Origin: Microthyrium microscopicum | Taxonomy: Eukaryota | Assembly (NCBI GenBank): GCA_010405405.1 | Contig: MU004231.1 | Span: forward strand, 670,153 to 734,152 | Direction of reading: 5' to 3' | DNA length: 64,000 nucleotides | In this document: positions 12,802-26,523 of the stretch, in pieces | Position numbering within the stretch: the stretch's first letter is position 1 | Layout: the number at the start of each line of letters is the position of its first letter | The notes under the pieces: model-generated | Told to the model about the DNA's origin: nothing | Seen by the model: only the letters and a program-made list of their open reading frames with translations | Database searches by the model: none | Translations under genes and position numbers: made by a program

Positions 12802-13775
12802 TCAATCGAAATCATCGAACATGCCCATTTCCCGCATGATATCTTCCTCGTCAGCGAACTCCCCTGGCGCAACTGACTGACTCGGTGCTTGAGTTCTCGT
12901 TGGTAATGTAGATGAATTACGAGCCGGGGCAGATTCGAAAGAGTCTGGCTCTCCAGCAAGAAGCGCCTCGAGCTCGTCCTCGTCTGGTGCCCCGGGAATA
13001 GCATCGGAGAATTCTCCTCCATTGGACCCGGCGCGACCGTGCGATGGAGCTTGACTTTTGTCGGTGGGTATACTCAAATTGGTATTTGGATCTGGGGGCA
13101 CTATCGAGCTCCGTGACCCAGGGTCCGGTGATGGCGCATTAGATAGATTGGAATCGCTCCCCAGGTTCGCACTAGACTTGCTTTCATTTATCCAGTCGGA
13201 TCGCAATCTCTGCACGTTCTTTTTATGACCAAGCTTTTCTATAATGGCAAGGCCGTCGTGGAATTTGGCACGAGGATATAGCTCATGTAGCCAAAGTTGG
13301 TATGTGCCTAGGAGAAGGGCAACATCGGAAAACTGGACCAAAATCAAGCGTCAGCATCCTTGAATATGGGCATCCTAGCGAACTCCATTTCGTACCTCAT
13401 GTCCCTTGCCTCGGAATTTTATCCTTGATTTTGAGATTCTCTGTAAGGTTGGTATTCCGGCCGCGGAAGTGAGTCTGGAAGAATGGAGCATTAGCAAAGG
13501 TTGAAACTCAAGGCATTTGCGACTCACCGTATCTCGTCTAGCTTTGGAATTGGAGCCCTCTTCTTCTTTTTGATTTCTACTTGTTCGTCGATGTTGACCA
13601 GATCCTCAGGAAGGCGAGGAGATCTTCCATCACGTCTTATTTGCTCTCCAGTATTATCATTACTGTTGCCCACAGCCTCTGCGAGCTGATCAAATGTCAT
13701 GTCCTCGTTGTTCCAAAGCTCGTCTAGATCGTCATGCTCAACCCCAGAAATATGGGTATCCGTGTCTTGCGCCAT
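12802..13775 (-). CDS. CSM3: Replication fork protection complex subunit Csm3/Swi3 (Tipin), 3 exons
   Basis: PIPKLDEIR|LTSAAGIPTL...KFRGKGHE|FSDVALLLGTYQLWLHELYPRAKFHDGLAIIEKLGHKK matches the Swi3 domain. Confidence 0.9.
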
Positions 13776-13827
13776 GCTGTGTAAATAGGGGATAAGGTAT
13801 TGCGCCGCGAAGAGAGTTCGAATTCGT

Positions 13828-13937
13828 ACGCGTGGGCTTGCTAAGAATCGAATGCGCCGAGACAGAAATTCGGGTAAGGTTGATTGTTAAATTCAAAGAT
13901 GTTGAAAGTGAATCTGGGCGACGCGACGGAGACGCGT
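13828..13937. promoter_or_regulatory. MCB-like (ACGCGT) G1/S elements upstream of CSM3
   Basis: ACGCGT at 13828-13833 and 13932-13937, and ACGCGA at 13921-13926, within about 160 nt of the CSM3 ATG. MBF regulation of replication genes is established in yeasts; function here is inferred. Confidence 0.5.
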
Positions 13938-14483
13938 TTCTGGAGGGGTTACTCTCTGTCTGTGCGTCAAGCTCGAAAATCGACACTTTACTGGAGCGTA
14001 AAGCCGCTGTATGGGCACGAGATTATGAAGAAATTATCAGCTAAACTTTGTAGTAACCTGTGCATCCCGATGGTCGCTTCAAAAATTGACTTTTTGAAAT
14101 AGCTATCAAGAATTGAGATTATTCTGATCATTAAATCATTAAATGGAGCCATTGAGCTTCACTTCCAAATTGCGCTAGCAGCTGGGGTCGATTTCTTATT
14201 GGCTCAAGTGACTGTAGCTTGCGGCTCAAAATTAGCTCCTTGCGCTTGTGTACTTAGGGCTAGCGCCTATCGAGGTAGCTTAGCTAAGCTCGTGCTCAGC
14301 TCGTCATTGGTTGGCCAAGTGACTAGCTCAGCACCTTCCCCTTTGACAACCTTCACTTCTGAATCGCGCAAACAACTTATTCATGCAGACTGGTTAGGCC
14401 AACTCCATCAAGATCCTCTCAAGCAACCTGTCGTCATCAATCCACATTCTCCTCTCCTCCCCCATCTCACAAAAAAACATATC

Positions 14484-16555
14484 ATGGCTGTCATGGACTC
14501 TCCAAGTGTGGGAGATGCTACGCAGCGACTGAAAGCCTTGATAAAACAAGCCCGCAATATCAAAAACTCTTCAAACTCCATCGACCCACCACTCCCCACC
14601 GGCGAGTTCTCAGGATCATCTGGACTACCGCCCAATGAAATCAGCGAAAAGACGCACTTCGGCGCTGTTGAGATAGCCGCAAAGCGCCTCTTTCAGGAGC
14701 AGATTGCTAAATTAAACATTCTCAACAACGAATTCGGAGATGTTTGGAATCTCTTTGATATCCTACAGATTCTTGGCGATCAGGGTAAACATATGCCTAA
14801 ACCATATCTCCATCCAGCTAACAACAAGGCCACAGAACAATGCGAACCAGTTCTGCTCTGGTATTTAATCGAGGAATTACTTGACTCCCAATGCCTCGAG
14901 GGTTGTCGAGTAGTTTTCGACTACTTGGAATCCCGACGTGAGCGATTAGTTGCTGTAAGTACCATTGATTTCACTGCATCACGTTCACTAAGAACTGTAG
15001 AAAAATTTCGCCAAGGTGTCACTGGTGATTTTACGCTCTTGCAATGAGCTACTTCGACGACTCTCTAGAGCCGAAGATTCAGTTTTTTGTGGACGGGTGT
15101 TGATATATGTCTTTCAGAGTTTTCCCCTAGGGGATCGAAGCTCTGTCAATCGCCATGGTGACTATAATATTGATAACATCACTGCTTTTGATCAACTACC
15201 ATCGGCAAATCTTGATGAGTCGACCAAGGATGTAAAAATGGGAGATGCCGATGCTGATGCTGATGCTGATGCTGCTGCCGAAAGCACTAAAGAAGTTCAA
15301 GAAATTCCCAATCCAAGCAAATCGAAACCCATGGACTTTGATCAACTCTACCCTGTCTTTTGGGGCCTGCAAAAGACTCTTGCAAATCCTCCAAGAATGT
15401 TCGAGCCGGAGCTGCTGGCAGAGTTCAAGAAGAACTTTGAAGCAACCTTGCAAAAGTTTAACAGCGTGGCTAAAGTAGCAGCGACGCCTGTCGTCGAACA
15501 CGGCCGGGGTGTTAAACGAACTGCTGACGAGGCTGAACTCGAAGATTTTGGCAACAACTTCAATCCAAAATACCTAACGAGTCGAGAGCTCTTTGAACTT
15601 GAGGTATGCTACCATTCATAACTTTGAAGTGTCTCATTAACCATTGATTTAGCTTAGCGATCTATCGTTTCAACGACATATCCTTGTTCAAGTCACCATT
15701 CTACTCGACTTTTTGCTTTCCTTCACCGAAAAAGCCAAGAAAAAGTTTCCAAGTAGAACTCATCAAAAGATACAATTCACTCTTTCAGAAGAAGATGTAA
15801 GTCATTGTTATAATAAACTTGTTGTTGATGTTGACTTTTGGTAGACCGAATGGGCACTTCAAACGAAGAAGGACATCAGTGCATCACTGAGAGAGGCTGC
15901 TGATGGCCCAGCTTTTGCTCGCGTGGTTGAAACAGTCTTGTCTCGGGACAAAAACTGGGTGCGATGGAAGGACAGCAATTGCCCAGACATCTCGCGTCCG
16001 CCAGTCACGCCTGAAACATACCTTCATGCAGCGAACGGTGCAAAGGCGGTCTGTAGCTGGAAGCGACTGCGTAGCAATCCTATGGGCGCGCTAGATTTGA
16101 CGTTCCTCACAGACTCAAAGGAAGCTCGTGCTGAGGATACTCTATCGAGCCCAGCAAGGTAAGTGGAACCTGTCTAGGGGTCCAAGTGGTGACCGTGCAC
16201 TGACCCAGATAGATATGCCTTACCAACAGCCCAAACACTCGTGGATCGCGTGGCAAACGCTGAACTAGATCTCGAAATGGCCATGGACGAAGCTGAAACG
16301 CAACGACTGAAAGAAGAGCAAGCGAGCTACACGTGGCGAGCACTTCGAGTAGTTGCAGCGACCAAGCTCAACTTGTTTGAGAAATTGAATAGCCAACCGC
16401 TAGTGAACTTGTTCAAAGATGGTGGGGTTGAGCATGGACCAAATGACAACAATGAGAATGACCAAGAAACAGAGGGCGTTGGGGGCTCTCCAGTCGCTGA
16501 CATGGCTGAGAATGGAGCAGCTCAGGCTGAAGTGCCTCCTGAGCCATCGAAGTAA
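14484..16555 (+). CDS. HPR1: THO complex subunit THOC1/Hpr1, multi-exon
   Basis: LRSCNELLRRLSRAEDSVFCGRV, FPLGDRSSVN, LYPVFWGLQ, PKYLTSRELFELE|LSDLSFQRHILVQ and VLSRDKNWVRWK are THOC1 motifs. Several short GT-AG introns. Confidence 0.9.
15244..15273 (+). repeat. (GATGCT)n coding microsatellite encoding DADADADADA in THOC1
   Basis: gatgccgatgctgatgctgatgctgatgct. Confidence 0.8.
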
Positions 16556-19500
16556 CGAGCAAGGAATAAAGAGACCTGCTTAAAGAGACAGTTCCGCTTG
16601 TCCGTAATGATCGTGATGGAAATGCTTGGATGAACACGACTATTCTCCCAACACACTGGATGAATTACGAGGGGAAGTCCGGACAGTAATCTTAGGCTGG
16701 CAGCCGCCGATGGAATGGTGTGGCAGCGGTAGAATCCGCCACTGCACATCATGAGACAAAGTGAAAGGACCCGTGGAAGTAAGCTGCTGTGACATGCGCA
16801 GAGCGTCATCTGTCGAAAGTTTCCTCTCACGCTTCTGGATCGATCAAAAGACGGGGAACACGTGGCGGAGGGTCGCTTGAAAAGCTAGTGGCGAAGCTCA
16901 GTAGACGAAAAGCTAGTACCTCTGTGGATGTTCAGGGCACTTTCGCATTGGGTCGACTCTCAGTCAATGGAAGAACGGGCTCCGTTGTCAAAGGGGAACT
17001 ACGATGGGCAATATCGGTCGGCTGAGGCTCTGGACTGCAGGACTGATCTCCGCCGCGGAACATTTTCAGGACTGATGTGGTGACCGAGATTGCAGTACTC
17101 AAAGCTCAATATCAAACCTGGAGTAAATCAAACTAGCAGCATTGGTCTGATTTGGCGGTGCCTGGCATTGCAATATCAGTGACGGCTATCAATATACCGG
17201 CGGCAGCTCATTCATGGGGTATGCCAACACAGTGAACCAACCTGATGGAACAAGATTTTCTCGGTGAACGAAAGAACTGGACTGGGAAATGGCGCTTTTT
17301 CTTCCTGGAAGCTCAGAGATAACCTTTGCGTGCTCAATCTTACCATAATGCTCTTAAGAGGAGAAATGTGTTCATGGACCCAAAAGATAAAACTTCCAAC
17401 ATCAATCTTCGTATCTGATCCTGTTCTGGGCTAGCATCGGCCTAGTCAAGCAGATTCTACCGGCTCTTGTTCAATGGTCAGCTCAGACTCGCTGGAGGCT
17501 TGTTGCGTGTTCTTCCTTGGGTAGATCTACACTATACGTCCTCCACACTAGCAAGAGCAGTTGGTCCACGGCTAAAGGATTTCAGCCGAAGATGTGCAGA
17601 TTTGCAGATTTGCAGGATACTGCTAAGCTCAATTCACCCGACGTCTCTCATGGATGGAATAGAACTGCAAGGGCATGCCTTAGCATCAAGATGGCCGCGG
17701 TGATTTGATGATTTGCATGTATGCACAACTGCAGGTTTAAGCTGCACTACCGCATGTTGACTTCTTCGCGTATGCGGCGCGTGCATCTTGCAGCACCAGA
17801 TATCCAACCGGCCCTCAGCATTCGCCCTGGTGCTTGGCATCAACAACCCTGGAGCGAACCCTTGCTTCAGAGTGGTGTTGAGCAGCGAGGGGACGCCTTG
17901 GTGATAACTTTCAACAATGTGCTACACTGCCCTCAAAAAAGTCGGCAAAAAAAATATTGGAAATTGACAGGCTTGAATTTTCCACAAGCTACAATTATTG
18001 ATTCTCATCCAGTGTTGTGTCCTGCAAGATTGATGGCTATATTCAACTATGTCGACTTTGATGGGGTTGAGGGCTTAATTTTCTATGGTCCCCAATTGTC
18101 ACCATTGAGGCTTCGATGTACCAGTTAATTCAACCAGTTAAGATCCAAGAGCAGCGTGCCTTTCCATTGGCCGGAATGGAGCAGCTGCCGACCTCCCGAC
18201 TTTTACTGGTCTGGTGTTTGGTATATTTGCTGCACAGTGCGGGTTTGTCTATGCTATTGGTCCAGGGCAATAGAGTTTGAAACGGGGCTGCCTCCGGTCT
18301 TCTACATTCTCACTGCAGAAGCGGACGTCTCTCTGGAGCTGGCACAATCCACCCAACCTCAAGTTACCTGCATCTGTTTCATCAGTTTCCAGAATATAGC
18401 CATACACACCCGTGGGCTATCCATTCTCTCACTCCTACTCGCCAAAATCATCCGGCGCGGGCCGGATAAAGGTCTGAGTCTCAACTCCCACGTTCCCCAG
18501 TGTAGCCCTTTACAGATAGCGTTGTCACTTTTTGCATTTCCATCTCATCGCTTTGGGCTGGCGCTTGCCTCTTTGGGAGCTCACGATGCCATCAAGGCTC
18601 CTAGCTCTCGGCCCTCGAAGACTGGCCCTTTTGTGCAGGCCTGTCGTCTATCTCAAAAGGCTCAGGGTTCGATTTCACCTCTGATTTGCAGTGGAAAATG
18701 AGGGAGCACTCAGCCAACTGCGAGTGTGGTTTTTTCGTAGACCACAGCCTGTTGAAGGCATCTGGGCGATGGCTAGCCTCACGACGATCAGCCATATGGT
18801 CATTTCTCCACCAAATGCAATCTATCGAGTACGTGACGATGCTTGTTGGCTGCCAGGCCACATGGGCAAGCAGAACGGCACTGGCGTTTCGTGTCGACCC
18901 TTGTCTTCTAGAAGGGTTCTGTGCACGTCAGATGGATTTGACTACGATCCCATGGCTGTCTGGCGATCACAGCCCTCCCTGAGGCTCTTGCACCAACCGG
19001 CAACGTCAAATATACAACGTTTCCAAATCGGTCACCGGCGGGGCAACGGTCGCCAGGGTCGTCCTTGGATTGAGCTACGGTCGGCTTGAAGAGCGTCCTC
19101 TTGACGGTGCAAGGACCAGCGCACTCGTAAAGAAACGAGCAGGCTCACAGCACAATGCTCAAGAGCAGATCTTCCAGGGCGAGAAAATCCTGGCTTTTGA
19201 GGTGAAAACCAAAAGATGTGGTCACTACGACCGAGGAAGAGCCAGCGCAGGGCCAGCAGTTTGGAATACGCAAACGCACGAAGCATGGGTGAATGAAAAT
19301 AGGCACGATTCACGAAACGAATGTTTTCAAAATGTCAAATTGAACGTGTTGAACTCGATCTGAAATGATTTGTTTATGGTTCATAATGCGGTTTGCAATG
19401 CTGTTGGGCAGCATGATTGGTAGGCCGCCCTGCCTTTCCTGCTTGCACTGCGCTGTGCGTGCTGCAGCTACCCCTGCGAGCCCACAGCTGCAGCTCTCAC

Positions 19501-20687
19501 CAAGTTCATATGGTTGTCCCCGTCCGGGTCTTTACTACTGAAGCTGCACGGAACACCTACTGATGCTCGCGCTACTTGCTCTGCCAGCCTGGCTCTCTCG
19601 ATGCCCATGGTGAAGTGGCGCAGAGTGGTCAGAGATGCGCTATCTCTGCCTACGTTCGGCGTTTACTCCATCTTCAGCATACGCATGGCCTACAAGATAC
19701 ACCCCCGCAACTCGGAATTCCCAGTCTTGCAAAGGCTTGTACTCCAGCGTCGGTCCCTGCTCTCTAGGCTTGTCTGGCACGTATCGCGGTCCTGGTCCAT
19801 CTCTCTCTCTCTGTCTGGTGCCAGACTCCAGTAGGCCTGATGTGCTTGCGCGCTCTGCTACTGCCCTCCCAAACCTCATCCTGGCACCACCGCCCCATCG
19901 CCGTCCCTTTCCCACCCAGACCCGCCGCTAGAGCTCAGTCTGACCCCGTCTAGTTCCTGTCCATCATTCCCCAGGCTTTATTGTTCGCAACTGGCGTGCC
20001 CCATGTGCTAGTAGGGCACCACCCGCCCGAGGTTGAGAGACCCTGGCAGTCGACATCGATTGTTTCTTGCATCCCAGCGAGGAACTGTCAGCCCAGAGCG
20101 CGCAAGTAAAACATGTTCATCCTAATCCTCGAAGAATAGCAAAGACTTCTAAGCTCGAGCTCGGGAACAGATATGGGCTGATGGCCGACTACCGTCCATG
20201 AGTTCACGCCCGCCCTTCAATCTGGATCGGCATTTAACAGCCCTCGAGCCGCACTCTATGAAAGATTGAAATTGTCTTTTCATTCATTACTACCAATAAC
20301 TTTCTTTCAACTCAAGTGCATTGGGAAGCAGTTCTCTCGGAAGTTGTTGCAACTTCAGTTTTTGTTGTTTAGTTTTTGGTTGAGATATCAGACTGCGCAT
20401 TCAGCCTGCCTGACCTGCTGCAGCCTTACGCCACCACTCCAAAACAGGATCTTACGCCGGCTTCGTACCAGCCATCACAGGATCTCGCCTGCTCCTGCGG
20501 CAAATCCAGTTGTCCAATCACTCCAGTACACCCTTTCAGTGTTGTGAGTAGCCCTCTTCTCTGGCCCCCTGCCTGCCCCCTCCCATCATTCATCCTAGTC
20601 CTTCTGGTCATGGAATATAAGATGATGGGACTCCCTTTAGGATATCGTCAGTATTCATGATATTCTCCTTTAGTATTCCCAATCAAC

Positions 20688-22556
20688 ATGACTTCATACA
20701 TCAGCTACTCATATGCCTCCGAGGCTAACAATCCTTTAAGTTCTATCGATCCTTTCTTACTTAACGACGAAGATCTATCTAGATCAAGAAAGCCCTCCAT
20801 GGTTGAGACCAATATGTTTAATATTCCTCTCTCCCCTCCCACCTCTCCACGCCTGGCTGCTTTCCAGTCAGAGCAAGCCGAGAACTCTTGGCAGGAGCAT
20901 CAATCACAACAAGCCTCTCATGAGAACACTCAAGAGGGTTCAGAGAGCAACAACAACTTGTCTCTCATTCACACAGAAATTGCCCCAAGTCTCTCGTTAG
21001 ACACGAAGCCCATGCTTCGCACTCACAAGTCGTTCCCTTATACGCTGAGAACTTCTGGTACCAGTGCTCCTGATACACCTCCACTCAATCACTCTGGAGA
21101 TTCACCAAGCTCTGTTGATGATCTCTCTACTCCTAATCTTGGCGATGTTTCCTCTGTGGAGATGCCAGCGGTTACTTTTGGAGGATCTGAGCCTACCAGC
21201 CCACTTTCAAACATGACACCAACCTCACCCAGAGACGACGACGATCTTAATGGTCTTAACATCTCTCTTGATGGTGAAGATGGCGAGAAGAAGCCAATGA
21301 CTGCCGCGGAAATCCGTGCCCAGAAGCGCAAGATGAAGCGATTCAGACTCACTCATAACCAAACCCGTTTCCTCATGAGCGAGTTTGCTAGACAAGCTCA
21401 TCCTGATGCTGCTCACCGCGAACGTCTCGCTCGTGAGATCCCTGGCCTTACTCCTCGACAGGTTCAAGTTTGGTTCCAGAACAGGTACAGCAATTCAAAT
21501 CCCCCAGTCTCTTCCAATACTAACAATCCCGTAGACGTGCTAAGCTAAAGCGACTTACTAGCGAAGACCGTGACCGCATGATGCGCTCCCGAGCTCTACC
21601 AGATGATTTCGACATGCACCAAGCTTTGCACAGCCCATTCTCTCAGATTCAAAATGTCAACAGCAGCACCCTGTCTTCTCCAAGTGGATATAGCCCTCTT
21701 TCTGCAGGCGATGGCCAATTCCCACAGCGTCCACTCGGACTTGAGCTTCGCAGGATGCCAGAGAACGGACACCACATGTCACCAATTCCAGGCTACTCAC
21801 CCTTCACTTTTACTCCGCCTCAATCTAATGATGGTTTATCACCAATATCACCAGGCGGAAACGAGAGCCCATTTTCCTTTAGTCCCAGCATTGGAGGTCC
21901 TGAGCGACGTGGTAATCCCTTCGGAGGCCTAACCTCCCCATCCACGGCCTTTACATCTCACCCGCAAATCCCGCGCCTACACATGCACGATGGTCCAAGA
22001 AGCCGCCCAGAAGCCTTGTCACCTCTTCGGCCCACCATGTCATACCCTGGCCAAGGAGATATGAGCCCTTCGTCTCCACTAGGTGGCCCAGAGTCCAATG
22101 GACCAACCATGATGCCCTATGGCCTCTCTGGATATTCTTGTTAGTCCCTCGGTGTTGCGAAGCTTTTAGTCGACGTCCAATTCTGACTGTATGCCTTCAG
22201 ACCCGAACAGCAATAACAACCCTTCGGGCTTTGCAGCTAATCAGGGGAACAATCCCCGACTACGATTTGGAACTGCCAACGCTCCACCTCGTCGTATCGA
22301 AGTAGGCCCTCCATCAACGTCACGCCCGGGCTACTCTCCTACACGAACGGAGGCACCTCAGTCTAGCACGTTCCCACACTACACATCGTCGCCAATGACC
22401 TCCAATTCTTTTCCAATGATGAGCTCTGCACCTCATCACGTCACTAGCTTCCCAAACTCGTTTCTGCGTCCCGGTAGCCCCGGCGATCAGTATTCGACGC
22501 TAGGTGACAATGACGACAGCAACGATCAATCCAGCGAGCATTTGACGGCATTCTAA
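20688..22556 (+). CDS. Homeobox transcription factor (Pah1/kal-1 type), 3 exons
   Basis: Homeodomain KRFRLTHNQTRFLMSEFARQAHPDAAHRERLAREIPGLTPRQVQVWFQNR|RAKLKRL. Introns ~21485-21534 and 22140-22200 keep the frame. Subfamily recalled from memory. Confidence 0.9.
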
Positions 22557-25500
22557 ATTCAACCTCAAATCCTACTGGCAGAAAATGTGTTACGAAGTCC
22601 ATGCCCTGCGGGAAGGGAAAAACAAAAACGGATTTGAAAAACATGGTGTTCAAAGTATTTTATGACAAGGGAAACACAAATCAACCGGCTCGAGCATGTT
22701 TGAAGTTTTGAGATACTAGTTTCGTTTTATTCCCCAAGTTTTCTGCATATAGGCCCGAGCGCAAATGTTAATGTACATTTTCCCTAACTCTACTGTCTCG
22801 TCTCTTTTTCGGTGCGCAGTTTGATACTGTTTTGCTATAATTTCATTTTACCCATATTGTCTCATCAAAATAGTCCCTGGTTTACAGATGGGAGCTTCCA
22901 AAGAGAGATTGTTATATTAGTTGCGGCAGGGCCATTATGTATTAGGTGCCAGCAAAACCCTTCTTGAATTGTGTAAATACATTGTTTACTCTAGTTGCTA
23001 CTATATTAGTATGAAGAGAAGAATTGCATAAAATCTACAAAGACCCCTCTTATCTTTCTGTGAATGCTTTCTGACTCCAGTGTCAACAAACTCAACTCGG
23101 GAAATCAAGGTGGTCAATGACATACAGCAAACTCAATGGTGGACAGCAAAGCCGACGATGGAAGCCGAAGGATCCCAATCTTGATTATATTGCGACCATC
23201 AATGCCGTCAGAATGACAACGATCACGCTTCACATGAACGGCCATGAAGATATGCAAAACCCAGGATGAGCAACGCAGATAGAGGCAAGTATCATGCCTT
23301 GCCAAAAGTCAATCATCACCATGATCCCCAAAACTCTTAACCTCTAAAGCATAATGATACTTTGCACCAGGAGCAGCACTACAACCGTAGGGGAACGCAT
23401 AGCGTGAACTCTCTGTACGAGACTTTGTCTACGCCGCTCTATCCGACTGCGGCGTGCACAGGTAGGGTTGTCCTAGGTCTCAACAACAGATCTCTTGGGG
23501 CCTTAGGTCTTTGCAACAACGCTGCACCTTCCCATTCGGGCTCTTGGCCGGCCAGGTACGAGTGCAACAAGCTTCACTACTGTCCGCCGAGGAGCTGAGC
23601 ACTGGAGCGCAACCACGGAGACCGTTATTCCGGTGGCAGGTTTACCAGCAATTGCAAGCAAAGTCCAGGTAAGCTCTCGAGGCCGCCAACTCAGCAGAGA
23701 ATTTGGTGCCTTGCGGACGAAACTGAAAGCAGCAAAGTCTTGCGTGGATTTCGCTCTTTTGCTATTCTTGAAATCCTTGAGGTAGACCACTCATCCTAAG
23801 GACTGCCCAGAATCCCGTTGGGGAGCAGGAATCCTCGCACTTACTTCCGAGGAAACCTATTCTTGCACTCTGAACAGTGGGGCTTTTCTCTCTTGCGGTA
23901 TACCCACCAAGAATGCAAACAGGAAGACCTTACGAGATTTGCAAAGGGACGAGGGCCGCCAAAGGATTACGCTCTGAAACACGACATCTCCAGCCAAACC
24001 ATCGTCTGCTGACCAGCCTTTTCACCAATTTGCCCTCGTGCGGTATACCAATATTTCCTCAGAATACGCATAATACAGCCTGCTATTACATTGGTATGTG
24101 TTTCAAGGTCGACGTCTGTCGTTGAAGACAGCATTGATGTCCACGGGTCGTCCGCGCTACTGCATGCCAAACCACGCGTAGATTTTACGGTGTTGATCGC
24201 CATCGCAGCTTGGCCATGCAGGTTCCACTCGCGTGCGCGAGATGCTATTGTTGTCCAGAGGGAACTATGTGTGTATCCTTGTTGTCAGCCCCTACGAGAG
24301 CACCCCTGGTCCGTTGCCCCCTGGTCTAGGATTGTCGCGATGCAAGTTGCTCGGCTGCTAGCCACATCGGATCATGCAGTCTCTTCGAGTCAGCGACGTG
24401 CATGCCTGGTTGCATGGCTGGCATTGCTGGTTCTATCCAAGTTACTGGTTGAGTGGCTGCGGTTATGGAACACGCGACGAAGCCGTGGAAGTTTATCAGA
24501 GTTGTCTGGCGGTGCAACGTGGTGGTGGATAGGAATGATGCCGTTGGGAATGGGAGGATGGTAGCCTGTCCTTTGGCAATCCTTCGTTTTGTTTACCAGC
24601 CATTTTTGGACATGGAGTTTCCAATGGCCGGAGAGATATTGTTGCCTTGGATTTCTCTGGAGTATTAGCCTTGACGCCTGATGGAAGTTCTGGTCCTTTG
24701 TAATGTGGTGGTCCTCAAGTCGTCCGGGTCTTGTCCCAATTAGGATGTTCGTTTACCTTCCCTTATAGGAAAAGGAGTAGAAGTTCTTTGAAGATCGATC
24801 ATCTCTTAGATCATTGGAGACTTCAGTGTCCTCTTGCGACTTGGCTACTGCGACCCTCTCTCCTGAACAAATGTTACTACACTGCCAAAGGAAATTGGAC
24901 TCACCTCTATTGGGTACTCTCATCCAACATGCAATAAAATATGCATCTCTTCAGCCAGTAACGTTCTCCAATTCAAATCCAAAATCAAGAGATGAAGTTG
25001 CATCCCTCCAACGCCACGAGTCGGAGATTTTCCACGTTGTTCAAGGCTGATCCCACCCAAAACGCCACCACCGAAAAGCACCCAAGGACCAACACCATCC
25101 CCATCTCGGAACCGTAGATGACAGGAACCTGGCAAAACTCTACCGTGCTCCAATAATGACGTCCAAATAGGCTCAAGCCGCAGTCTCGCCCGATGTGCAG
25201 TGCTAGTGCTGCTCAAAGTTGGCCGGATGAAGTTGCAGCGTGCAGCTGCAACGAGTCAGACACTGCATCACCAGGGGCTCGCATCATCCCACCAACACTT
25301 CGCCAGCGGGATCAGAGACAGGCAAGGACAAAATCCACGAGCCCGTTTTGTGGAACAGCGATTTTCACGCCATCGATCGTACGCACAGCGGGCGCAAAGT
25401 AGATCTTATGGAAGGATTTCCTACCTTCGCCTGAACTATCTCTTGGTACGCCCCGCAGGGTGCGTGAATAGTGAGACGTAAGTAGCACCAGAATATGCTC

Positions 25501-26523
25501 ACCTGTCACTGTCACTGTCGACACCTCACAGAGTGCCTCAACAGCTGCTGCATCTGCAAAAGAACTGCAAAGATGCCATGCGAGAGGTAGGAGCCGCATG
25601 GAGCATGCCTGGTCAGACGTGCGGCTACGACGGACGGTCGAACCCGATGGAGGATAGGCGGGATTTGCAAGATGTGTTGGCAGTGAGCGAGTAAGGGAGC
25701 CAGGGGATTCGCAAAGGGGTGTGGTAGTGGAGCAACTTTGTTTCAACGACGTGTGCTCGGATTGTGGCGAGTATGCGAGGATTCGCACAGCGTCCTTGCA
25801 TTGAGATTCGACTCCACTGGTCTGATCTTCTTTGCTAGGTATGAACCGGGTCCTCGGATTGATATTTTGGAATCGTAAGGATGGAGGATTGTTCGAAGTG
25901 GCAGATGTGTTGCAGTGAGGACTGGAGCATGAATCGCGGAACACGACCGACTTATCAAGGATACCACGTCAAGGTAAGGATGCTTAAATAAAAGGTGAAC
26001 AGTATTCGTGTTTTCTGACGTTCTTTTGAGCTTTGCCGTTTCTATGTTGTTAACCTCTTATTCTTGGACGACAACCTCTTCTATGGTTGGCAACTCAGAC
26101 TCGGCCGCTTTTATAAATGCTTTGCCAACCAAGCTCTAAGGCCTTTTTTGCGGGCTTCAACTATTTGACCGTGAAAGACTCGTCAGATCCTCGCTATCTC
26201 TGTTCTACTCAATGACCAGATGAGGTCGCTTCTTTCATTGTGACAAAAGTCTGCTACAGGAACAAACTCTATGCTTGTACTTGATTAACACAACTAATCC
26301 GTATTCCCCATTAAAATTATATCATTACCTAGCAAAATATGCAGTAATAAACACCTTGTCATATTAGACTTAGAGCATGCTACGTAAGACAAACTTACAG
26401 ATTTTTCATCATCAATATAGACAAATAATAGGCAAAAGGGGTATTGAAGGTGAAGCAATAGGTATAATTGCAAGGGATATATAGGATACGCTCGCTACAA
26501 GAACATCATAATGTCATACAACT

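Noticed and set aside
14785..14835. Stop-free in-frame introns (also 802-861, ~6865-6918, 52410-52460) as regulated retention
   Set aside because: Short 3n introns without stops are expected by chance; the sequence gives no evidence of retention.
16600..26500. Many 60-210 aa ORFs flanking the homeobox gene
   Set aside because: No domains, mostly non-ATG starts, atypical composition and no consistent splice structure.
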